DNA of 38,312 bases from an uncultured bacterium. GTDB lineage: Bacteria > Armatimonadota > Zipacnadia > Zipacnadales > VGFC01. Position numbers and translations under genes: made by a program. Below are positions 9,569 through 17,071 of the stretch, in pieces. Positions within the stretch are counted from its first letter, which is position 1. The number at the start of each line of letters is the position of its first letter. Under the pieces are notes generated by a model, which was given only the letters and a program-made list of their open reading frames with translations, did no database searches and was not told the origin of the DNA. The stretch lies in the NCBI GenBank assembly GCA_965602825.1, contig CBFDAZ010000003.1, positions 1 through 38,312 of the forward strand, given 5' to 3'.

Positions 9569-9761
9569 CGCGCGGCCGCCCTCAACCGGCACCGGCGCCG
9601 CATCGCGCCCTGCGCGGCAATGTCAGCATATCTCTGCCTTCGCCGTCCGGGCCGCTTAGTCCTTTCCCCGAGCATCCAATACACAATCGGCGGCCAGCCT
9701 GGCAGCCAGCCGCCGATCAGTTGGCACCACGTCCAACGTACTTGGCTCTCTTGCCCCGTGT

Positions 9762-10244
9762 CTACCCGGTTCCGGTATCCGCGATGGGCAGCGCAAGCTG
9801 TCCGGTCAAGGCGTGATCCGCCGCGCTTCCCTCCGCCAGCGCCTCCAGCGCCAGTTGGTGAGCCACCTCGCTCTGTTCCGGTGAGGCCAGCTTCACCTCA
9901 GCGCGATGGAACTGGTTCAGAAGGCTGCGAGCCTCCAGATGTCGCGCGAGTTGCCCCGCGTCGACCCGGGCAGTCTTCCCGAGCTGGTTGATCACGCCCT
10001 CGCTGTCGGTGTAGACAACGACAGCACGCGCCCCCATCTTGCGCGCTTCGCGCAATGCCGTGGTGATGGCTTCGTATGCGGCAGTGATGCAGTCCTGGGT
10101 CGTTGTGGTGCGGGAGATCTTGCGGAGTGTGTGGCGTCGCGCTGACTTAATGACGACTCCGATTCCTGCGATTGCTGTTTCTTCAGCGGCATCCGCGCTC
10201 GTCACGGCGCAAAGGAGCTGTTTGCTTTCTACGGTCCTGGCCAT
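9762..10244 (-). CDS. RNase HI-like (RNase H fold) protein, catalytic residues largely degenerate
   Basis: AGIGVVI, 'AAYEAITTAL', 'VYTDSEGVINQL' and 'AHQLA' align with RNase HI motifs. Strong RBS GGAGGGG. Confidence 0.75.
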   Translation of the reverse strand: MARTVESKQLLCAVTSADAAEETAIAGIGVVIKSARRHTLRKISRTTTTQDCITAAYEAITTALREARKMGARAVVVYTDSEGVINQLGKTARVDAGQLARHLEARSLLNQFHRAEVKLASPEQSEVAHQLALEALAEGSAADHALTGQLALPIADTGTG

Positions 10245-10458
10245 CCCCCTCCCACTCCCTTCTGACCGCGCAGATTAGGGTACGAACCCTCCCTCCAGAA
10301 TCTCAAGCGCTATGCTCCGCGATATGAGACCAGTGTGATGTGTGTATAGCGTTAGTACAAGTTTCGCGTCTTATCTTATATAACGCTTTACACCACGGTT
10401 TGGTTGCGGGGCAAGCGGGAAAAGGCGCCTCCACCTGCGAGCCACTACGACCGGCTGG

Positions 10459-11793
10459 CTACCGTTTCCGCCTGCGGGCTCGCGACCGAGCGCGCTTCAG
10501 CATCGCCACCGCGGTGTCGGTGACGATGGAGGCCGCCCCGGGCGCCACACGGCTCGCCCGGTCAACCTCGTAGCCACCCTCGGGATACGCCTCAGGTATT
10601 GGCACATAGCCGATGGCGCCGTTCGTGTTGCTCACATACATCGTGTGCGGCAGCGGGCTCTGCTCCTTGACCGCCATCCCTATCTGGCAGAAGATCTCCC
10701 CCGGGCCCGTAGCGATGCCGACGTCTCCCATTGCCACGCCCCAGATCCCACCGAGGACGGGCGGCAGGGGCTTGCCCGTCTGCAGGCTTTCGAGGCACTT
10801 GCCGGCCCGTTCCAGGCGCCTGTTGGCCCAGATGATCGAGCCCTTAGGCCCGCGCTGCTCCGTGAGGCGCGCCAGTTCGGCCTCAAGCTCCGCTACGGCC
10901 TTCTTCGCCTCGGCCTTGCTCGCGAACGTTTTGGCCGGGAGTTTGACCTCTTTGGTCGCGGCGCCGATAGGCCCAATGTCCACGATCTCTGCCGTTTCGT
11001 AGGCCTGGATGGCGGCTCCCCCGAGTCGCTTGCCGAGCGTTCGGGGCGTGTCCAGGCCCTCTTCCATGATGGCTGAGTTGATGTTCCCACACGCGCCCTG
11101 CAAGTACAGACACGTGGCGCCCGTGATCTCCTCAACCATGTCCCGCGCGTAGCCGGGAAAGTCGGCCGAGATGAGTCGGCCTCTGCTCGTTTGGCTCACC
11201 GGATGGGCGGCAAAGTTGAGCAAACATGCCATCGGCTCGCCGGTGGGTCGGTCCAGTCGGGCCACAATGACCTCGCGGTCGATGACGCCCCCGGGGTTCC
11301 GGCCCAGGATGATGCGGCCGTCAGGGAGTTTCTCCCGCCGGTTGATCCCCACATCCGAGCTGCTTCGCCCGACACTCGCCACGACGCGCGTGAGCTTCGT
11401 CCTGGCTTCCTGTACAACGCCAGCGAGCTTGAACTTCAGCTCCGCCATGTAGGCCGCCTCGGGCGAGGCCGCCGGGTCGCCCTTGTACCCGCCTACGGTC
11501 GGCCCGTAGTGCGTGTGCGTACAACAGAGCAGCACGTTGTCGGCCGGCAAGCGCCCCTTCTTGCCGATCAGCTCGCATACGGACTCCGCCCACGGCCACT
11601 CGACGGAGATCAGGTCCAGGTAGAGCAGCGCGACCCTCTCGCGACCGTCGTCCAGCACCAGTGCCGTCGCGTAGAGCTCATCCCCCAGGCCCAGTGAGGG
11701 CCCCCGCCCCGCGAACCCGCTGATGTCGATGCCGATGCTTGGCGTGATGTTCGCCCGCGCGACGCCTGCACGAACGGTGGTCTCTTGGGCCAT
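10459..11793 (-). CDS. neutral/alkaline ceramidase-like (amidohydrolase) family protein
   Basis: ANITP, DELYATALVL, THTHYGP, NFAAHP, ISADFPG, LQGACGNIN, PGEIF and GYVP..AY.EGGYE. Confidence 0.85.
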   Translation of the reverse strand: MAQETTVRAGVARANITPSIGIDISGFAGRGPSLGLGDELYATALVLDDGRERVALLYLDLISVEWPWAESVCELIGKKGRLPADNVLLCCTHTHYGPTVGGYKGDPAASPEAAYMAELKFKLAGVVQEARTKLTRVVASVGRSSSDVGINRREKLPDGRIILGRNPGGVIDREVIVARLDRPTGEPMACLLNFAAHPVSQTSRGRLISADFPGYARDMVEEITGATCLYLQGACGNINSAIMEEGLDTPRTLGKRLGGAAIQAYETAEIVDIGPIGAATKEVKLPAKTFASKAEAKKAVAELEAELARLTEQRGPKGSIIWANRRLERAGKCLESLQTGKPLPPVLGGIWGVAMGDVGIATGPGEIFCQIGMAVKEQSPLPHTMYVSNTNGAIGYVPIPEAYPEGGYEVDRASRVAPGAASIVTDTAVAMLKRARSRARRRKR

Positions 11794-12029
11794 GTCGTCG
11801 CCTCCTGCCCGACTGGCAGCACGTTCTGCTTCGGTTCTCCGGGAGAGTATTGGCAGCGCGCCGCATAACTCCTTCAGACACCGGCAACATCACCGTCGCT
11901 TCTGCGGGAGGGCCGGGCCAACAAGGCAGCGAATCCGGCCTGGTGGGAGTGCAGCAGGGGCTCCGCACCTTGGACATAGAAGCCGAACTGCCGGGCACTG
12001 TCCGCCTGTCCCCGGGGGAGAACACCTCC

Positions 12030-13490
12030 ATGAGAATGCGCACCCGACTCCAGGTCGAATTCGCGACGCCGGACGAGATGGAGCGGCTCGCCGCGGCGGC
12101 CATGCGTTTGTGGGGGGAGCTGCCGCTCCGCGTGCAGGGCACTGCAGAGCTGCTCGACTACCTCACCGATTACGGGTGCCAGATAGAGGGCGAACACGTC
12201 TTCTTCCCCCAAACGGTCCGCGACAAAGTGCTCGCACGGATTACCGAGGAGAAGCAGCGCTGGCTCGCGGCGAACGGCGACGGTCCTCCGCCCTGGCCGG
12301 GCAGCAACATCCAGGTCTACACGCATGGCCAGGCCCTGCTGGCGTGCGATCTGGAGACGAACGAGCTGCGGAAGGCGACAACGGCTGACCTGGAGGAATG
12401 GTGCCGCGTCGTCGATGCGCTGGGCGTGCCGGAGAGGGCCCACCCGACCTTCATCCCGACTGACGTCGCGACCGGCTGCTCCGACTTCTTCACCTTCGCG
12501 ACGATCGTGCTCAACAGCAAGCAGCCGCACCGGGTGTCCGTCTACTCGGCGGAGATGCTCCCGTTCTTCATCGAAGCATGCGCCATCGCGTGGGGTTCGC
12601 TGGAGGCGGTCAAGGAGAACCCGCCCTTCGCCACCACCATGTGGGTCAACTCGCCGTTCATGATCACTCGTGAGAACGTCATGATCGCGATGGAGGCCCG
12701 ACGGCTGCTCGGGCGACCGATAACCGCCTCCACCATGCCTGTCGCCGGAGCCGCGACGCCGGTGACGGTGGCCGGACAAGCCGTGCAGACGGCGGCGGAG
12801 TCCCTGGCGCTCAATGCGCTGACGCTGGCCGTTGATGACCGCACCTGCGGCATCATGAACAACTCGCTGGTCATGGACATGAGGGACGCGAGCCACCGAC
12901 AGGCCGGCCCCGACGTCATCCTGCACCGCGCCGCAGCCTACGAGATGCACCGGCACTTCTTCGGCGGCCATCCGCGCTTCTTCGGCTTCAATGCGGGCGC
13001 TCAGGTTGTGGGGCCCCAGGCGCTGTTCGAGAAGGCGATGGGCACCGCGCTCGACATCGCCGCCGGCACCCGGAGCATCGGCATCGGCTGTCTGGCGGCC
13101 AGCGATGTCGGCAGCCTCGTCCAGTTAGTACTCGACTACGAGATGGCGCAAGCCTTCGGTCACCTGTTCCGCGACGTGTCTATCGACGAGGAGCGCATGG
13201 CCGAGGACGTGATCGCCGAGACGGTCCCGGAAGGCGCCCGTTTCATGCAGACGGAGCACACCGCCCGCTTCTTCCGGGAAGAGATGTGGCTGCCGATGTT
13301 CCTCGACTACCGCAATCCCCTCGGCTGGCAGCGCGACCCTTCGGATATCATCGATAGGGCCCGCAACCACGCCCGAGAGCTGGCCGCCACTGCTGAGAAT
13401 CAGTGCCCGCTCTCGGACAGTCAGCGCAAAGCCGTGCGCGATCTGATCGGCGAAGCAGAGCGCCAGGCCGGCGGGACAGTCAGTCGGTGA
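12030..13490 (+). CDS. trimethylamine methyltransferase (MttB superfamily), non-pyrrolysine homolog
   Basis: VNSP, MPVAGAATPVTVAG..VQ..AESLA, MDMR, QALFEK, QLVLDYE and 'F...HT...FR.E.W.P'. No in-frame TAG. Start ATG 12030 after a GGGGAG RBS. Confidence 0.82.
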   Translation: MRMRTRLQVEFATPDEMERLAAAAMRLWGELPLRVQGTAELLDYLTDYGCQIEGEHVFFPQTVRDKVLARITEEKQRWLAANGDGPPPWPGSNIQVYTHGQALLACDLETNELRKATTADLEEWCRVVDALGVPERAHPTFIPTDVATGCSDFFTFATIVLNSKQPHRVSVYSAEMLPFFIEACAIAWGSLEAVKENPPFATTMWVNSPFMITRENVMIAMEARRLLGRPITASTMPVAGAATPVTVAGQAVQTAAESLALNALTLAVDDRTCGIMNNSLVMDMRDASHRQAGPDVILHRAAAYEMHRHFFGGHPRFFGFNAGAQVVGPQALFEKAMGTALDIAAGTRSIGIGCLAASDVGSLVQLVLDYEMAQAFGHLFRDVSIDEERMAEDVIAETVPEGARFMQTEHTARFFREEMWLPMFLDYRNPLGWQRDPSDIIDRARNHARELAATAENQCPLSDSQRKAVRDLIGEAERQAGGTVSR

Positions 13491-13551
13491 CCGAACACAG
13501 TCTGGCGGGGCGCGCGCAGGAAGGCCAACGATCCCGCGCATTCCGAGAGAC

Positions 13552-13580
13552 TTGACACCTCTCCCCTCGGCGAATATACT
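13552..13580 (+). promoter_or_regulatory. sigma70 promoter of the efflux operon
   Basis: TTGACA (13552-13557), 17-nt spacer, TATACT (13575-13580). Confidence 0.85.
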
Positions 13581-13592
13581 GCTCCGTCAAAG

Positions 13593-13632
13593 CATGTATG
13601 AGTGCCTAGTCATGTATCCCGTGTATACATGA
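13593..13632. promoter_or_regulatory. putative operator: CATGTAT direct repeat plus TCATGTAT-N7-ATACATGA palindrome
   Basis: CATGTAT occurs at 13593 and 13611. A perfect 8-bp inverted repeat spans 13610-13617 / 13625-13632, just downstream of the -10 box. Confidence 0.65.
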
Positions 13633-13663
13633 ATGGCGCTGCCCCGGCTCCGGAGCGAGAGCA

Positions 13664-13936
13664 ATGGCTCAGGATCCTCATTCATTCACCGACCTATTCC
13701 TCGGCGCCGTGACTGTGGGCGAGCGCGGTCAGATCGTCATCCCCGCTCAGGCGCGGGAGGCCTACGGCATCCAGGGCGGCGATAAGCTGCTCGTCTTCCA
13801 CCATCCGTGGCGGTGCGGCGTCATGATTGTGCGGGTGGAGGACGTTCACCAGATGCTGCAAGGTGCAACGAAGCTGGTTGAGGAAATGGAAGGTCTCACC
13901 GAGGAGGCCGAGCAGGCAGGCTCTGCTCCCGAGTAG
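13664..13936 (+). CDS. AbrB/MazE/SpoVT family DNA-binding protein
   Basis: 'VTVGERGQIVIPAQAREAYGIQGGDKL' swapped-hairpin signature. Confidence 0.9.
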   Translation: MAQDPHSFTDLFLGAVTVGERGQIVIPAQAREAYGIQGGDKLLVFHHPWRCGVMIVRVEDVHQMLQGATKLVEEMEGLTEEAEQAGSAPE

Positions 13937-14013
13937 GAACCCGCTCGGTCTCTTCTGGTGTTTGCATCGCAGTAGACCATTGCGCCCATAAGAGTGCCAG
14001 GAACCCGCCTTCA

Positions 14014-15363
14014 ATGCGTCCGGACAGCGGAACCGCGAGGCTTCCCCTCGCGTGTGGCATCTGCCTGATCTTCCTTTGTGCTGGTGTCGGTTGGGCACAA
14101 GAGGAAGCCCCCCCTGCCCTGCCTCCGACGCCCCTGGTGCTCGACCCCGATTCGGCGGCGGCGCTCGCGCTGCAGAACAGCACCCAACTCCAGATTGATG
14201 CGCAGACACTCACCCAGGCTGAAGCCCAGCTTCGGCAGGCCATGGCTATCGACGACCCCAGACTGCAATTGAGCGCGACGCTGCTTCGCCGCGGTCCCCA
14301 GCCCGACCTGCCGCCAGGCTTCGAGTCCTTCTTCATCAAGACGATCCACAGCGAATCCCTGACGGCGAGTAAGCTGGTATGGGACTGGGGGAAGACGCGT
14401 GCCATGAGGCAGGTGGCCCACGAGGCGGTCGAGACAGCCCGGATCGCTCCAGAGGTCACCAGAAGGGCGCTTGCGCTTCTGGCCCGCGAAACGGTGCTGA
14501 TGCTCGCCCACGACGAGCACCTGCTGGATGTGGATTACCAGACGCTCGCCAGCCTGATGGAGCATCAGCGCGTGGCAGAGAAGCGGTACCGAGAGGGCTT
14601 GATCGCCTTCTTCGAGGTCGCTCAGGCCCAGGCGCAGGTCGAGGCCGCGCGGTCAGGCGTGGCCGACCGGCTGTCAGCCATCGACCAGTGGCGAGTCGCT
14701 CTGCGTCGGGTCCTGGGCATCGATCAGACGACCCCGGTCGCAGTCAGCGTCGGCCGGGAACTCGAGAAGCCCGACATGACGCTGGAGGAGGTCATCACCC
14801 AGGCCCTGGAAGCGCGACCGGAGATGAAGCAAGCGCGGGCCGCTCTGCGTCTGCAGGAAGCCTCGCTGCGGTTGGCTCGGCAGTCCCTCAACCCGATGGT
14901 CAGCGTCCAGGCGCAGGTTACGGACCAGACTGCGGGCTTCGGTAGCTCGCCGCTCAGCTACCAGATTGCCCTCGCCTTCGAGCAGCCGCTCTACGATGGC
15001 GGTGCCAACAAGGCCGAGGTGAACGAGGCGGTGGCCCAGGCCGACGCGGCCCGCCTGCAGCTCGAGCAGTTGTCCGAACTCATTGCCGCTGAGGTGGCGA
15101 CGCAGTATGTGCAACTCGACAAGCTGCCGCAGAGGATCACCTCCGCCGAGGCCTCGCAACGGGCGGCCTTCGAGCGGCTTCGCATCGCAAGGCTGCGATT
15201 CGAAGAGGACATGGGACTGGGCTACGAAGTCATCGACGCGCAGGCTGCGGTGGCGCACGCCCAGACAGCCCGGGCCAACGGAGAACTCGACCTGCAGCTC
15301 GCAATAGCCAGACTCCGCGCTGCGATGGGTATGGAAGACGTGCGGGAGGCAACGGAAGAATGA
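14014..15363 (+). CDS. TolC family outer membrane efflux protein
   Basis: Signal peptide (..GVGWA-QE) and two OEP-type repeats (ALQN..., WDWG; ALEARPE..., PLYDGG). First gene of the tripartite pump. Confidence 0.88.
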   Translation: MRPDSGTARLPLACGICLIFLCAGVGWAQEEAPPALPPTPLVLDPDSAAALALQNSTQLQIDAQTLTQAEAQLRQAMAIDDPRLQLSATLLRRGPQPDLPPGFESFFIKTIHSESLTASKLVWDWGKTRAMRQVAHEAVETARIAPEVTRRALALLARETVLMLAHDEHLLDVDYQTLASLMEHQRVAEKRYREGLIAFFEVAQAQAQVEAARSGVADRLSAIDQWRVALRRVLGIDQTTPVAVSVGRELEKPDMTLEEVITQALEARPEMKQARAALRLQEASLRLARQSLNPMVSVQAQVTDQTAGFGSSPLSYQIALAFEQPLYDGGANKAEVNEAVAQADAARLQLEQLSELIAAEVATQYVQLDKLPQRITSAEASQRAAFERLRIARLRFEEDMGLGYEVIDAQAAVAHAQTARANGELDLQLAIARLRAAMGMEDVREATEE

Positions 15364-17024
15364 AGCCGCGATGGATCGCCATTGCCTTGGTGGCCCTGAT
15401 GGGCGTTCTGATCGTCTTCGGCGCGCTCAGTTGCGCGAGAAGAGGTGCGCAGGCTCCGCAGCAGCCCCAGGCGACCGTCACGACCCCAGCTACACCGGTC
15501 TCCGTCGTGACTGCAATGCGCGCGCCGATCAAACAGGCGATTCGCGTCACCGGCACGGTCGCGGCGCTTCGCGAGGTGGACGTCGTCCCCGAAGGCGTCG
15601 GCCGCGTGTCCGCGGTTTACGCCGATGTCGGGGACCGCGTATCGCAGGGCAGCTTGCTCGTCCAACTCGACACCGATCTGCTCTCAGTTCAAGCTCGCCA
15701 GGCCGATGCCGGTGTCGACCTCGCACACGCTCGGCTGCGCCAGGCCAAGGACACCGTGTCCCTTACCGGCTCAACGACCGGCATCACCGTCGAACGGGCC
15801 GGCAAGCAGATAGACTCGGCGCGCACACAACTCGCCAAGGCCCAGACCGCGGCCGAGACGACCGAGAGCACCATCAACAACCAGATCGCCCAGGCCCGCG
15901 TCGGTGTGGAGGCCGCGAAGACCCAACTCGCCGAGGTGCGCCGGGGTGCCCGCGACCAGCAGAGGGCGCAGGCTCGGGCCCAGGTGGAGTTAGCGCAGGC
16001 GCAGTACGATCTCACCAAGTCCCAGTACGAGACCAAGAAGCGGCTCTACACCCAGGGCGCGGCGTCGGGAACCGAATTCGGTACCGCTCTGGCCCAGTAC
16101 CAGGGCGCCCGCGCCCAGCTCGAGCAGGCCAAGCAGGCCCTCGACCTGGTCGAGGAGGGGCCGACGACCGAGCAGGTCCGGCTGGCCGAGCTGCAGGTGA
16201 ACCAGGCGGAAGAGCAGTTGCGGCTGGCCGAGACCCAGCGCGACCAGATCACCCTGGCCCGTGAGGACGTCGAGCTGGCCAGAACACAAGTCAGACTCGC
16301 CGAAGACCAGCTCGATCTGGCCCGGGCCGGCAAGGGCGAAGTGACGATTCGGGAGAGTGACGTGGACGCCGCCGATGCCGGCGTCAAGCAGGCGAAGGCC
16401 GCCCGGGATCTGGCCCACACGACACTCAGCAAGAGTCGAGTCTATGCTCCGACCTCCGGGCTGGTGGCCGCCCGACTGGTCGATCCGGGCGAGGCGGCCT
16501 CGCCCCCGATGCCTGTGTTCCGACTGGTGGACATATCGAGCGTGTACATCCAGGCCATACTCGGTGAGGCCGACGTGAAGGAGTGCTCCGAGGGCCAGGA
16601 AGCCGTCGTGACGGTGAAGGGCGTCGCCAACGCCGAGTTCCGCGGTAAGGTCGTCGACATCAGCCCCTCATCCATACCGAACCAGCGCAACTTCGTCGCC
16701 CGGATTCTCGTGAAGAACGTGGGCGAGGTTCTCCGGCCGGGCATGTCCGCGGAAGTCTCGCTTATCGTTGGCGAGAGTGCCGCCGCGGTCGTCGTGCCGA
16801 GGGACTGCGTTGTCGAAGACCGCGAGAAGCGCGCCGTCTACGCTGTGGTCAACAACGCCATCGAGATCCGCGACGTCGAGCTCGGCGCAGATGAGCGCGG
16901 GCGGGTGGAGATTGTTTCGGGAGTCGAGGAGGGTGATCTGCTCGTCGTCGCCGGGCAGACGGACCTGGCCGATGGCCAAAGGGTCGATCCGGTCCAGCGA
17001 CAGAGCGGCGCAGCAACTCCCTAG
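15360..17024 (+). CDS. RND efflux periplasmic adaptor (membrane fusion protein), long alpha-hairpin
   Basis: N-terminal anchor with possible lipobox ALS-C. Lipoyl halves 'GRVSAVYADVGDRVSQG' and 'APTSGLV', plus LRPGM and GVEEGD. ATGA overlap with TolC. Confidence 0.9.
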   Translation: MKPRWIAIALVALMGVLIVFGALSCARRGAQAPQQPQATVTTPATPVSVVTAMRAPIKQAIRVTGTVAALREVDVVPEGVGRVSAVYADVGDRVSQGSLLVQLDTDLLSVQARQADAGVDLAHARLRQAKDTVSLTGSTTGITVERAGKQIDSARTQLAKAQTAAETTESTINNQIAQARVGVEAAKTQLAEVRRGARDQQRAQARAQVELAQAQYDLTKSQYETKKRLYTQGAASGTEFGTALAQYQGARAQLEQAKQALDLVEEGPTTEQVRLAELQVNQAEEQLRLAETQRDQITLAREDVELARTQVRLAEDQLDLARAGKGEVTIRESDVDAADAGVKQAKAARDLAHTTLSKSRVYAPTSGLVAARLVDPGEAASPPMPVFRLVDISSVYIQAILGEADVKECSEGQEAVVTVKGVANAEFRGKVVDISPSSIPNQRNFVARILVKNVGEVLRPGMSAEVSLIVGESAAAVVVPRDCVVEDREKRAVYAVVNNAIEIRDVELGADERGRVEIVSGVEEGDLLVVAGQTDLADGQRVDPVQRQSGAATP

Positions 17025-17071
17025 TGGCCGGCCAGAGCTAACAACCCACTCCTGCAGGAGCGTAGGGCCCG

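Noticed and set aside
10360-10390. Possible dif (XerCD) site in the AT-rich patch
   Set aside because: TTATATAAC only loosely resembles the XerD arm, and there is no matching XerC arm at the right spacing.
11794-12029. Possible cobalamin riboswitch upstream of the MttB homolog
   Set aside because: The conserved B12-box and core elements were not found; the region is better explained by divergent promoters.
12030-13490. Pyrrolysine read-through in MttB
   Set aside because: There is no in-frame TAG; the ORF is uninterrupted.
13664-13936. AbrB/MazE gene as a type II antitoxin
   Set aside because: No adjacent toxin gene (PIN, MazF, Doc); the next gene is TolC.
13935-14008. 10-bp direct repeat AGGAACCCGC flanking the abrB-tolC spacer
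   Set aside because: It is short, present in only two copies, and has no element-like content between them, so it cannot be distinguished from chance.
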